A DNA stretch of 64,000 nt from Chiloscyllium plagiosum (taxonomy: Eukaryota). The position numbers and the translations under genes are program-made. Location of the stretch: the NCBI RefSeq assembly GCF_004010195.1, contig NC_057726.1, forward strand, positions 19,459,321-19,523,320, given 5' to 3'. Positions 1-13,249 of the stretch are shown here, piece by piece. Numbering within the stretch: the first letter of the stretch is position 1; every line of letters begins with the position of its first letter. Below the pieces are notes generated by a model. The model made no database searches. It was not told the origin of the DNA and worked only from the letters and a program-made list of their open reading frames with translations.

Positions 1-181
1 GGTCAAGGTGAGGGCGATAGGCCGGAGGGAAATGGGAGGAAACCAAAGCACCCGGAGGAAACCCACACAGACACGAGGAGAATGTGCAAACTCCACACAG
101 ACAGTCGCCCGAGGCTGGAATCAAACCCGGTCCCTGGCGCTGTGAGGCAGCACCTGTAACCAATGAGCCACCGTGCCAACC
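1..181 (-). mobile_element. HE1-like tRNA-derived V-SINE, 5' part (cut by the window edge)
   Basis: Reverse complement reads ggttggcacggtggctca...gggtttgattcca (A/B boxes) followed by the V-domain tgtgtggagtttgcacattctcc..tgtgtgggtttcctccgggtgc. Confidence 0.85.
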
Positions 182-3100
182 TAAGTTCTGTCCAAATAAT
201 CATCTAATGCCCTCTTAAGTGCCTGAATTCAACTTGCCTCCACTATGTATTTAGACAGTACATTCTATACCCTAACGACTCATTGTGTGAGAAAAGTCTT
301 TTTTCCTCAAATCACCCTTGCTTCATTTGCACGTCACCTGAGGCAATGGAGACACATAAATCAGCCACATCATCATGTTTTTGAGTGCTGAACCACACCA
401 CTTTTACAATGTTTTAAAGCTGCTGACCTTGTGGGAAAGACTGCAGGGCATAATTTTGGTGTATTTTGGGTACCATCAGATGAGTAGGCAATTTGTGAAC
501 AAACAGTCATTCTCAAGATATTCCATCTGTTCTGGCTGCAGGCAGTAGGAGTGTGAAGAGATCACTGCCTCTCATTATATTAACCAAATTACAAGTTTAG
601 GTTTGTGCACCTAATTGAGCCTTACATAATTGATAATATTTGACCAAATTAAGCCATTCATTACATAGCCTTCATTTGCACAAAGCTTCTTTAATCTGCA
701 AATAACTCCACAGTTCAAATTCTAATGTGGCTCTTAACTGTATGTTTAATACAATAAGTCACGCAAAAAAATTCCACATAATCACACACTCTATGGAAGT
801 GTGTATAGGAAATAAAATATATTTAGATCCACAACATTTTGTAAGAACAAATGATTGCTAATGACAAAACAGACCAGAAAATATAAATGAATTTACATAA
901 ACAATAGTTAGTATCAAAACACTAACCCATTATGTAAAAAGTACCTTCCAACAGGCTATATTTATTTTAGTATCAGGAAAAGTTTAGCCACATGCCTCCA
1001 TCATTTGTCATAAGATTTCTCTGTTTTGTACAGGGAGTTTTTGATGATTTTGCCCTGGGGTCTCTTGTAGTCTTTTAAACTTAAATCACTGTCTCTACGA
1101 CACATTATGTAGCTGTTAACAGGGCAAGGGGATAAATACTGGGTTGTCAAGTACAGACCAGGCACTCTCAGCAAACTGGGATTCAACAAATAATCACATT
1201 CAAAGTCAAATGCCTTATTTTCAACCTTATTTTCACTGTAAGTTAATCTATTTGACTCAGAAATGCCAATGGCTCCCAGCCAGTCTGGAACTCTGCAGAA
1301 CGTCTTGGATCTTCTTGAAAATATTGCATTAATGGAATTGTACAACAAACTAAACCCAAACTGACTTGGCCCTAGAGCAGGGGTTCCCAGACAATGGCTT
1401 GAGACCTCCAATGGGTCAGATGCAGCTTCTGTGGTCACAGGTATTCCCCTCCCCCCCCCCACCACGCCCACCCCTATGAGACAGTGGAGATGAGATCCTA
1501 GCAGGGCAGTAATGGACTCATTGGCAGCTTCAAACTAAATAGGGTGGATAATGTTGATCTATAAACACCCATTAAATACTTGTAGTCCTGAGTGTTGCGC
1601 AGACCAGGGTCAGTATGCACCATCAACTAAGTTCTGGTAGTAAAGTGTAACTCAGGTAACTATTGATGACTGCATGGGGTTTTAAACAGGAGGCTGTGCA
1701 GAGAAGTTGGTTGGCGGCTCGGTTTCATAAGGAAAAAGGAAAGGGAAGCTAGGGATGGTGAAATGGGTTACAGCTGATGGCAGTTGAAAGATGGGCTGAT
1801 TACTGTGGGTGTGATGTGACATTACTGAAACATGCATGATTCTTTGGTGTCACGACAGCGTAAAAACTGTGAGATTGTTTGGAAATGTCCAGGACCAGAG
1901 GGCATAATCTCATAGCAAGGGATTGCCCAGTTAGGTTAGGGGTGAGGAGGAATTTCTTGTTCCAGTACACCTGTGAAATTCTTTACTGCAGAGGACTGGT
2001 AACGCTGGGACATTAGCATATTCAAGACTGAGATAGACGGATTTTTAATCAGTAAGGGAATTAAAGGTCAAATGGGGAAAAAGCAGGGAAGTGGAGTTGA
2101 GGATTATCAGATCAGCCATGATGTCACTGAATGTTGGAGCAGACTTGGTGAGTCGATTGGCCTTCTTCTGCTTCTATGTATTATGTTTTGATGGCCTGGT
2201 CAAAGGCCTTCCAAACCAAATCAGCAAAAAATGCTGAAATGTAAGAGATTAGAATCAGTTAGCCCGACACAGCAACCAGAGAGCATGGTTGCAAAGAGAA
2301 GGGAAAGGCTGAGCTATGAACTCAGTGTTCTGATTTGTGATGTGAGCTTATGAGGAATTATAAACTCGAATTGCAAATAGGGGTGATGACAGGCTATAAA
2401 GAGCTGAAGCCTGGGTGCGGAGAAAAGGAAATGGAGATAGCAGGGAATAGACAGTAGGAATAGTTTGGAGGGTGAGAGTCTGGCATTCTTGACTGATGAT
2501 GAAATCCTTGAATGATTACAACAGAGCCCATTGGGTCTGAGCTTGCTGTCTGCAAGGGCAACTCAACTATACTAACCCCTCACCTTTTGCCCACAGTCTT
2601 TGTCTTCAGATGCTAATTGAGTTCCCTCTTGAAATTCAGGATTGAATCTGCCTCCGAAACACTCTCAGCCAGTACATACTGGATCCTAAACATTCACTAG
2701 GCCAACAGGTTTATTTTGTCAATCGTCTCAAATCTGTGTCCTCTGGTCCACAGCCTTCCAACACTAAGAACAAACATCTCTTTCTCAGCTTTCCCTCATG
2801 ATTGAGAAGAGATTCTCTGAGGGGAACAATTCCAGCTTCTCCAATCTATCCTTGTGACTGAACTCCCTCATCCTTGGACATAAATCTTTCCACCATCCTC
2901 TGTAAACCCTTCAAGCTTTCCTGAAGAAAGGTAAAGAGTCTAGAAAGTCGACAAAGAATCACAAGCATCTCTTTCCATTAGAGAGAGACAATTGATTCTG
3001 TATAGTTTGAAAGTAGCCACTCTGCAAGCATGAGGTACAGTGCCCAGCACTGGACACAATGCTGCAGGCGGTTCCCTGGCACCCCTTCCCTCTTATTCTC

Positions 3101-3932
3101 TTATGTCACTTCCTTCAACTAATAAAGAAGAAAGACAAATGTTTTTGGAAGAGTTACTGTAGTACTTTCACAGATGGCAAAGATTGTCTTAAGTAATGCA
3201 AAGAACTCTAAGTTGATTTTACTGAGTGCAGCTAATTTCAGATATTTAAAGATAACATTGAAATTGGAAAAAAGGATAAATTAATAAGTTACAATATTTA
3301 TTTGATTCACAGTTGTCTATTTGAAAATGTGTGTGAATCTCCATTTTCTTTGCATGTAATGGTATCTAGCTCAGCTACAGCATTACCCCTTTATTAAGCC
3401 TCAATTTAGTTTATTTGAAAATTTTCAGCAAATATGTCAATGTTTCGTTTTCCTAGAAGATAAATATTTCTAATTTTAATTTTTGTTTTCCTGAACTGTT
3501 TATGTGTATACAAAAGCACATGTGATTTTGAACTACTGACTTCTTGTTTTTTGAATCAGGGCTGCATTGCAGAAACTGAGATTAATTTAATCAATTTTAC
3601 AAACAGAGTGTCTTTTCAAGTTATTAAATAATGAATACTGCTTTTCTCTACTGACAATTTGAAAACTGGTCAAGTAAATTATCTGAATATCCTCTGGTTC
3701 ATAATCGGGGATTGTCACTTGGCAATTGGCACTTTTAACTTCATAACCATAAGAGGAATCAATACTCTACAGTAGATAGGAACAAATAAGAAGGGAATGT
3801 CATGTGATTATGATAATTTGAATTTCTAAGTTGAGTGTCGGAAAATGTGAATAAAACAGTGTTTTTCTATTTTCAAAAAGATGACCAAATTATATTTCGC
3901 TCATTGCAACAGTATTGTGTTATACAGAGTAG

Positions 3933-4138
3933 AAAGTGATGTCTGCAGATGCTGGAGATCAGAGCTGAAAATGTGTTGCTGGAAAAGCGCAGCAGGTCAG
4001 GCAGCATCCAGGGAACAGGAGAATCGACGTTTCGGGCATAAGCCCTTCTTCAGGGAGGGGTTATGCCCGAAACGTCGATTCTCCTGTTCCCTGGATGCTG
4101 CCTGACCTGCTGCGCTTTTCCAGCAACACATTTTCAGC
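3933..4138. mobile_element. Palindromic Penelope-derived element (family A) with a 15-bp TSD
   Basis: Perfect 79-bp inverted repeat (3963-4041 / 4061-4139); TSD tgttatacagagtag at 3918-3932 and 4139-4153. Confidence 0.85.
4021..4054 (-). ncRNA. Minimal type I hammerhead ribozyme motif
   Basis: Minus strand c-CTGAAGA-a-gggc-ttat-gccc-GAAAC-GTC-gattc. Confidence 0.55.
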
Positions 4139-6659
4139 TGTTATACAGAGTAGGTTAACAACAGTTGACAAAGTGTTTTACCATCTAATGGTTTCTATTG
4201 TTTTAACAGTTCTGAATTTATTAAGGATGCATGTTCTTTAATTTTGTCATTTTTCTATTAGTTTAAATATAAAGCCTTTAGGTGTTTTTGCTTATGTTTA
4301 AATGTTAGAAATACAGGAAATCTTTTGTTTGAAAATCAAATGTATATTTTAAACTAAAGATGAGTAGCCCAGATTAACTTAGGTTGAAATTTGTTTGGCA
4401 GAATTCATATGCATGTCATTAAATAAGTCATATTTTGCTTTAAAGATCATTGTGCAGATTTACTTGGACCTAAATTGCTGCAAATTTAATTAACTCCACG
4501 GGAAACATTTTCCACTGTTAAATACGCAAGAAATTAATTAATAAAGGGAATTTGGAGAATCACACAGTTACAGGGCTATGTCCTTTTATGGTGAACAGAT
4601 TGAGAAATTGTTTCCTTTCCAATTTGGTCATGATTCTTTAAATTTACTTGCTATCTACCCAGGTCTGGAGCTGGTACGAAACTGAGCACATCCTTTTCTG
4701 CATTGCTTTTGCTGTAGAGAACTTAGCTTCTGTACGTCCATGAACAGTGTGATTTTTAAAAAGCCTCCTATTATCATTAAACAACCACTTTCACTAAGTT
4801 GTCATGCTGTGCATAAAGTTATAGTAATTTATTGATTCAAATCAATATTTAGCAACTGCATTCTGCAAGTGACAGAAGAATATCAGAAAGTGAACAATGG
4901 CATTGTGTATCATGCAAAGTAAACCATTTAAAGTCTGTCCAGAAGAGGTGCAATTGATTTTTCAGACTTTATTATGAGTGATTGTGATTCTCAACATTGA
5001 CAGTGACAGGGCACCGCTGAAAGCATTTCTTGCACACGATGGCAACTCTATTGAGTCACAGAACAGGCTTTGCCAGAAAAGGTATCGATTTATGCAGCAG
5101 ATCCAACAGTATTAACACAAATGATTGATAACCAAAGAACAGATAAATCAGAAAAGCATCAAACAACATTTTGAAGAATGATCAAAAAGGAAGGATTGAA
5201 ACATCAAGTTTAGAAAATGCCTGACTAGTTAGCATAAGTAGTGGACATGGCAGAGGTTCAACTGGAATATCTTGACGATATTGAAAGTGGACCAAAGAGT
5301 GGGTGTGAAGTTATTAAATGAAGCTTTGACCTTGTTCCAGTTTTTTTTTCAGTTTCACTGCTCCTACTGTGCAAAAGGTCCTGTGTTCTCAAAAGTGTAA
5401 GCAATTTTATCTGCAAGATATTAAACTTACAAAGCATCTCTCTAATCAGCGTAACCTGGATTGTGGTCAAAAAAGGAAAATAAGGAGGGATTTAGGAGAA
5501 TGAACAGGAATAAGAACAACAACAGATAACGCAGCTTGGAACAAGACAAGTACTGAATCACTGTGAGAGCATAACATGGCGATGTGAAAGTAAATAAAGG
5601 GAGTAACTAAAGCAGAATAAAGAAAAGGCAGTCCAGGAACAACAGAAATGCATTAATAACCTTGAAGGGGGTAGCAGAAGATGGACAATATTCAGGATAA
5701 CAGTAATTAGCTGATTAGACTCATTACTATTCAGTATAAAGCAGTGCTTCCCAAAGTTCCTTCCGTTTTCACTCTGTTTTAATGAGTTGCACTTGACATA
5801 ACCCCCAATGGAAAATTGTTAGGAGGGTGCCACAAGGTAAGTTGCTAAGCAGGGTGGGGATTCAAAGAGCAGCAATAAAGGCCCAAAGAAACTTCTAAAC
5901 ACCATTTGCAGGCTCTACTGGTGTCAGTGATAAGGCCTCACAGCTCATTGATTTAATGGCCAAAGGCAAAAATAAAGTGCTTGTTTAAAGAGGCCTTATA
6001 ATCAATCATGGATTGTCAAATCAGTCTCCACTCCAAATCTACTGCAGCCTATTCCAACTTCTCGTCCCAAGGCAACAGAGAGGGTCACAAGCCACAGTGT
6101 GTGACTCCTTTTTAATAAGTGGTAAATATCAAAAGCCAGAATGCAATGTATCAATGGAAGGTTGCTCCAAAACCAGTCTAAAATGAGGTCTAATTAACAC
6201 AGAGGACAATTGGATCTCTTTTATAACAAATAAACATAATCAGATCAAAATCGATCTAAAAGGTGGTACAGAGCTCCTTACTTTTCCTGAAATGCTTGTA
6301 GCCAGATTATTGATGTCATTGGAGTTCAATAATGGTAGCTATTCCAGTGCTGACAGAGAACAATAAATGTTTAAAGTAGAGGTTAGGAGAGTTTCTGGGT
6401 ATTCAACACTATGAAGTAATTTTAATCATCTTGATTTGTCTGGTTAAATAGTCAATAAGGCGGATACAATGAGGAAGAACACCATGGGAACTACTGGTTT
6501 AATAAGGAATAGGGGGGGCTAAGGAATACAACTGTGAGGCATACAGGTACTCAGGGGCTGAGAGGTGAAATAAGGATGGTCACTCCTTTAGGGAAGATCC
6601 CACAATTCCAAGCTGGGGAATGCTGGCAGCAAATATTTTAAATGATCTGCTTTGAAGAA

Positions 6660-7200
6660 TATGGAATTGCAGAAAGTTACAGGACAGAAGGAAGCAAGCT
6701 GTCTGTGCTAGAACATTAAATATCCTCCCTATTTACTCGATCACAACCATTGATAAACTTGAGCACCTCTATTAAGTATCCTCTTAACCATTTCTGTTGC
6801 AAGGAGAACAATCCTAGCTTCTCTAGGATCTCCACTTGGCTGAAGTCCGTTATCCATATGAAAACAAAGAAGAGCTCTGATGAAGAGTCATCTAAACTCG
6901 AAACATGAGCTTGCTCTCTCTCCAGGGATGCTGCCTGACTCACTGTGATTTCCAGCGTTTTTTTTGCTCTCAGCACAGATTCCAGCATCTGCAATTACAG
7001 TCCCTCATCTATTTCCATTCGGATAACTTTTTTCTACAATATGTCCAAGGATTTGACATCCTTCTGAAATAGTGTGGTGCCCAGAATTAAACACAATATT
7101 CCCATAAAGCCTCACAATGATTTATGAAGCTTTAGAGCAATAGCTTTGCCCTTGTATCTCCTGTTTCTGTTTCTAAACTCCAAGGATTACGCATTCTTTT
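6660..7200 (-). mobile_element. CR1 3' fragment with a nested Penelope-derived arm
   Basis: LEKLGLFSLQQKWLRGYLIEVLK remnant. Confidence 0.7.
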
Positions 7201-7906
7201 AAAAAAGGTCAGACAACTTCACAGTTTAAACATTTCAAGATGAACACATGATTGAAAAACACTGGGTACTGTTACACAATAATGACTATAAAGCAATAAC
7301 TTGTGCTTACTGCAATGAGAATGAGAAAAAAATTACTGAATATTATGGAAGTGCTGAAAGGTTGACATGAGAGGAAAGAGGATCCAATAAAGAACATGTG
7401 AAAAAAACCTTTGACCAGCAAATGAAGGGAGGAGTATGAAACCAAAACTAAATAAAGATCAGCATAGTCAAAGGAGGAAAGCTGACATTTCTGAGTACCA
7501 ACGAATAATAACAATGTTTGTGTTTCTTTACTATTTATAAATATAAGGAGCTGACAAGCAACTACAAGGTCCCTATCCTAAGGGTCCTTGAAGCCATCTC
7601 CATTGAGGTTCCTACCAGACCACTGTTCCTACACAAGCAGCTACAGTCATCTCTCACTACCCTGATGAGAATTCCTTTTGTATTTAAATGAATCAGCCAT
7701 ACAAACATTTATTGCCACATTACTATGAGGCCCTTTCAGCTTCTGAATCTTATTTGCAATTATGCATTCCAGCAAAAAACCAATTTTCACTTGCGCTCCA
7801 GAGGTAAAGAGCTGGAGAGATTCTGTTTACAAAGCAGCACATTAAACTCCTGATGCTTTCTGTAGCATTCAAGTGGAGTAGTCATAAAACTCAAATGCGT
7901 CCTTAC

Positions 7907-8053
7907 TCATGTACTCCATGTTGTTGGGTTCCTCCTTTGGCTGTGGTTGTGGTTGGGAATATGGCACTGTCCATGGGTTTAATACATCTGTATTGATCTG
8001 GGGAGGCTCCACTTCATTGGTTTGTTCGTGCTGCGGTCTTCTCACTGCATTGT
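7907..8053 (-). CDS. CRISPLD2: CRISPLD2 exon 7 (147 nt), Pro/Gln-rich linker before the LCCL domains
   Basis: ttcttag|(D)NAVRRPQHEQTNEVEPPQINTDVLNPWTVPYSQPQPQPKEEPNNMEYM|gtaagg; contains the NEVE motif typical of this linker; phase 1 to 1. The next exon was not found in 1-7900, so the gene continues left of the window. Confidence 0.85.
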
Positions 8054-9368
8054 CTAAGAATACATGTTGAAATAATGTTAAATAACATTTTGCACGCATT
8101 GCAGCAGAATTCCAATTCAGATGCAATGAATTAAAATATTTTTCCACTGTTTGTTTTTGTTTGTTTCTTTGTAAACTCCCTAGTTTCTACCCTTTCATTT
8201 CCAAGCTCCTCTTGGCAATAGATTGAATATTCAGCATTTGGTCTCATTCAGTTTGCACACTGATAATACACTTCACCTTAGAAAATAGAGGTCTATGTTT
8301 TTGAAAAGCAAAAGAATTGCTCATTTTTCCTTGAAAGATTAGGATGTCTAACTACTAACACCAAACACTACTTGCAAAATATACACAAGTGTTAGTAATT
8401 AGATTTGGACATCAGACTCTTTTTGTTTCACTGGCTAAATGGGTATTTTCTGATATAATACCTGTGACTTGTGCACACCATGGTAACTAATTATAAAGTT
8501 ACAATTCCTGGCTGAATCTCTCCTATTTTTACACATCAAAAAAGAACGGTTCTGTATATAGAAATACAACATTAACTGTCTAATTTAACAGTCAAAATGC
8601 TGAATGGAAATATACCAGCAAAGTTTTTTGTCTGAATAATTTTGAAATATTGGTTATTAATTGTTAATACAGTAGCAAGTACATGATACCAGCAGGAGAT
8701 TAGGCAAGTTTGTCAGTGTTAAAGCTATGCAATAATGTACCAGTAAACAGAAACTCTTGGGCAAGTTTGCATTTGTTATGAAAATAATTGTTGGCCAGTT
8801 CCTAAAAATTAGGTCCCTCCTTCTGTCCCCACTGACAATAAACAAAAGCTTCTCTTTATTTTCTCTCGCCAAGTTTCTCCCACTTCTCCTGAAAGCATTA
8901 ATTTGCTCCTGGGCCAGAGTGTGATGAATACTGGCTTCTCTCCAGCACCCACCTTCCCTCAACCTATTGTATAGCTGAGTTACTGAAGTCTGCCTTGTGG
9001 ATGCAGCTTTGGAGACCAAACAAAAAGCAGAAGAGGCCTCTCTTGAGAGGTGGACATGGGAAGCTTGACGGGGAGAGCGTATCTCCAGTTAGGGTGTGAT
9101 GTGGCAGTAGATGTCATCAAGGTTTCTCTTGTTCTCAGTCATAATCTTATCTACCTTTGGTCAGGAGTAAAGTGTACAATCCTAGCCTCAGTGGAGGGGC
9201 AAGGGGCTATTCCAACCACAGGAGGTAATTTTAATCTTGACCACATCCACTTTGCACACCAGTATGAGGCCAAAATCTTTTCACTTTTATAAAAGACAAT
9301 TGAAGTGCCTCATCTGATAAGTAAGAGCACAACGAACAACACAATATAAAATGGGGACTGGGTGTCAG

Positions 9369-9574
9369 TGTCGAGAGTGTGGTGCTGGAAAAGCACAGCA
9401 GGTCAGGCAGCATCTGAGGAGCAGGAGAATTGATGTTTCAGGTATAAGCCCTTCATCAGTAATTCCTGATGAAGGCCTTATGCCTGAAACGTCAATTCAC
9501 CTGATCCTCGGATGCTACCTGACCTGCTGTGCTTTTCCAGCACCACACTCTCAACTCTGATCCTCACTTTCTCC
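9369..9574. mobile_element. Palindromic Penelope-derived element (family A)
   Basis: Inverted arms centred at about 9462; degenerate 17-bp TSD at 9352-9368 / 9575-9591 (14/17 identical). Confidence 0.8.
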
Positions 9575-10349
9575 TAGGGGCTGCGTGTCAGACCTTGCTG
9601 GTTATGTAGTTCGATCAGGTCTGATCCACTGAGAGAATGCAGGAATCCTTTACCTAATTAGTTGGTTTGATTATGTTTCCTTCCATTTGGATGTCACCTC
9701 ATCTGTCCTCAGCAAAAATAAACTGAGAGCCCCATAGCCTCTCAATTCTGCTTTTACAGTTCATTCAATGCCAAAACAACTGTTAAAAAGTACCTGGCAG
9801 CTTAAAATGAAAGGTTCTGTTTAGAAACAAGCAGCTATTCATCGCAGAAGTGGATTACTCAAGCCAAAATCAACTGGATTAAAATTAGTAGACCAAAAAT
9901 TATATTAATTTAAGATGAGTAGGGCGACATTGAAATCTTTTACTCAGAGCAAATACAAAAATAAATTGGAAACCACATAACATGATTTTAACTGTGTCAG
10001 TTCTTTTTCTCGTGGCCATATTTATGTATGAACTAAGGTAAATTGTAAACTCCTTTAGTAAACTAGATATTGAGTAGCCAATATAAAACTGCAGTGCTGC
10101 TTATTCCAATGTTTGAAAAAGTGAATCCTTTCTAAGAAATGTAGTACCCTAATAAATTGTTAGAATGTTCAACTCAAGTAAATTTATACTGAGAACAAAA
10201 AAGAAATAACTATAAATGATTACAGCTAGTAATGATTTTGGTTAATGTATTTTTAAAATTTCTATCTTCAGCACTTTGCACAAATGCTATACGGAATTTT
10301 CTATTCAAAAATTCTATTTGACTACATTGGTTGGTATAAAATGGTATCT

Positions 10350-10680
10350 TTTCTTTTTCTCATTCATTCATGGGATGTGGGTGTTTTTGGCTAGATCAGC
10401 ATTTGTTGCCCAAAGAGCAGTTAAAAGTCAATCACATTGTTGCCAATCTGGACACTAGGTGAGAATGGCAGATTTCTTTCAAAGGATATTAGTGAACCAG
10501 ATGGGTTTTTACAATAATCGACAGTAGTTAGCCTAATGGCAACCATTTATCTTTTTATTCCAGACTTTGATTGCATTAAAATTTCATCATTTTCCATCGT
10601 GGGATTCAAACCCAGGTACCCTACATTGGCCTGGGTTCTGAAATACTGGTTCAGCAAAATTACCACTATGCCACCACCTT
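10350..10680 (-). mobile_element. tRNA-headed SINE whose 3' tail matches the LINE at 35780-37190
   Basis: Minus strand begins ggtggcatagtggtaa with B box gggtttgaatccc. The 3' end (+ strand ttcattcatgggatgtgg..ggctagatcagcatttgttgccca) resembles 35785-35840. Confidence 0.6.
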
Positions 10681-11339
10681 CCCTATCCTCCTTCAATTAA
10701 ACGTCCTTTTCTCTGTTCTGTTCTCTCATTTTGACACCCCCACATTGGTACGAAAGGGTTAGGTTTTTTGTCCCCAACAAGATAGATGGCCATTTCTCAT
10801 TTTAAACATTAAATGTTTATTTTCATATCCCTGCTAGAGGCTTTAAGTTCTTCCATTTCACTTGTTTTCATTACCATGTTGTTTCAGGTTCGAACTTAGA
10901 GTCATAGAGTAACGTCTTTGAACCTGAATCTTTCCACATCCACCTTCTCTTAGGTGCTTCTGTTTCACATTTCCCCTCATTCTATTCACCCAAAGACATA
11001 CTTTAACTAGGGCTTTAACTGAATTCTATGGGATGTCTTAATTCCCCACCACCCCATGTTCCCAAGGACAAAGTTGGTTAGGAACCCTTTTCACAAAAAA
11101 AGTCGTTGTGGCGTTAAATGGCTTTGGGTGAGCCTTTTGCCTGGGTATGAATTCCTAGTTTAAGGGTCCTATTGGCCATTTGATTGGCTGGCAGCTTGGT
11201 AGTTGCTGCAGCGCCAAGTTCAAACAGTGGCCACTGCTGGGACTTCAGGCAGAACCAAAGAAGAGGAAATTAAAAAGGCCAGACTGAAGGGTGGTTCAGG
11301 CCTTCAGTGAGGTGACAGTGAAAGGGTTTGTGGGAGGCT

Positions 11340-11865
11340 CAGTTTGAGAGTCATGGAGGATTACAGCTCAGAAAAAGGCCCTTCGGCTGATTGAGACTGC
11401 ACCAATCACCTAACTATTTTAATTCCACTTTCCAACACTTAGCCAATTCCTGATGAACAGCCTACGCCCAAAACGTCGATTCTCCAGCTCCTTGGATGCT
11501 GCCTGACCTGCTGTGCTTTCCCAGCACCACACTCTTGACCATAGTCCTCTATGCCTAGGCATTGCAAGTGCCCATCTAAATACTTCTTAAATTATATGAA
11601 GGCTTCAGCCTTTACCACCCTCCACAGGCAGTGAGTTGCAGATTCCCAGCACCCTTTGGGTGGAAAAGACGATTTCCTCTTAACCCCTCTAAATATCTAT
11701 CCATTACCTTAAATCTTTACCTCTTGGACATTGAACACTCCACCAAGGGGAGAAGTTCATTCCTTTCTACCCTGTCTATGCTCCTCATATTTTAGACATT
11801 GCAATCATGTCCGCCCACCTCAGTCTCCTCTGCTCCAAGGAAAGTAACCACAGTCTATTCAATGA
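11340..11865 (-). mobile_element. CR1 3' fragment with a nested Penelope-derived arm (11445-11539)
   Basis: LNRLWLLSLEQRRLR remnant plus the tail. Confidence 0.7.
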
Positions 11866-12417
11866 GAGGTCAGGGTTGGGAGAATATCTTTGGTGGACAA
11901 CGGGCCCAAATGTCAGAACCAGCTTACTGAGTAAAACTGCCAGATCCTGACCCAGGTGTAATAGTGGCAGGGCAATATGAGGCACTTAAGTGACCATTAA
12001 TTGGATACTTAAGGGGTTCAATGAGCCCAAGGGTGAGTGGGCCACTCTATACCTCCAACACCACCGCCAACGCACCCTCAAATAATGGGACACAGTTTAA
12101 AGGCATTGGAAGGTTTGCAAGCAGGCTGCAGATTGCATTTTCCAAGCCGCCCCCATCCCAGCTTCAAACACGCGAGCTGATGGCCGTTCAATCCTTTTGG
12201 TAATGTTTGCAGCCACACTGATGGCTCAACCACACTAACTCAGGGTCCCCTGCTGTTTTAATGGAACAGAATATACAGCTCTGCAAAAAGTAAGTGGACA
12301 CTCATCTCCACTCAAACACCCCTTATGAAAGAAAACAAAGATTATTTTTGGGATAACCAGGAGCAAATTCCTTTAGCTGATCCACATTATTGGGAGCAGT
12401 GCAACAGTCTTATATAC

Positions 12418-12518
12418 CTTTGTAGCAGAGATTGTTTTTACAGCCGCCGCCATAGCTGGGTGGACACTCCGAGCATGGCCGACCATGTCTATAGGGAGCT
12501 TCTCCAATCCAATTTCCC
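12418..12518 (-). CDS. CRISPLD2: CRISPLD2 exon 6 (101 nt)
   Basis: caccag|(K)[33 protein letters not shown]|gtatat; Cys-rich hinge region; phase 2 to 1. Confidence 0.94.
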
Positions 12519-13249
12519 CTGGTGAGTTAAAAACAGAGAAAAATTCAGTTTAATCCATTACCAGTTCAGATGAAAATAAAGCTAGTTGATGCACATGTGT
12601 TTCCTTGATTCTTAAATGAAAGAGTTAATAACCAAATACAGGGTCCAAACCTGTGCATAGTCCTGAGCAAGAATAGTCATGTCATGCAATATGAGGCAGT
12701 GCTCCAACCATCAAAGTGATAGATGGGAATGGGACAGAAGAGAGACCTCTTATTTCTCGTTGCTTTAAGACGTGGTTCAAGGTGACAGGAGGACGAGGAT
12801 CTTACTGACTATCTCCTAATTGCTGCACTTGTCCAAGTGAAGAAATGAGTCTATGTCAGAATGTAAAGAGAGGGCAGCTGCTCCCAAGGGTTCTCTTCCT
12901 TCCCCTGCAATGACTCATGCTGAGTTCTAAGTCCAGATCAGCGGCACTCTGATACCTTACCCAAATGGCTATTGGTTCTGGCAATGTTGCAGGTCATTCC
13001 GCCATGTAAAGTACCACTTTAAAAACCAATCTGGCTGTTTGCCAATCTAAACATATGCAAATTTTCAAGCAATGTGACTGAAATGTTAATGGATCCCTAA
13101 CTGATTTCCAGCTCCCTAACATGCTGAAGCTAATGTGTGCATTCCCTCCATCAGTGTAAGTATACCATGCACTCTAGCAATTCAAGGAAGTGACTTAGTA
13201 CCATTGTCTCAAGAGAAATTGAGGATGCATAAAAATTCTCATAACCTCA

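Noticed and set aside
1001-1471. 156-aa ORF
   Set aside because: Intronic, non-ATG start, runs through a poly-C/G tract, and has no recognisable domain.
6282-6349. Candidate CRISPLD2 exon 8 with good AG/GT sites
   Set aside because: It has an in-frame TAG in the required phase and no Cys-rich LCCL-type sequence.
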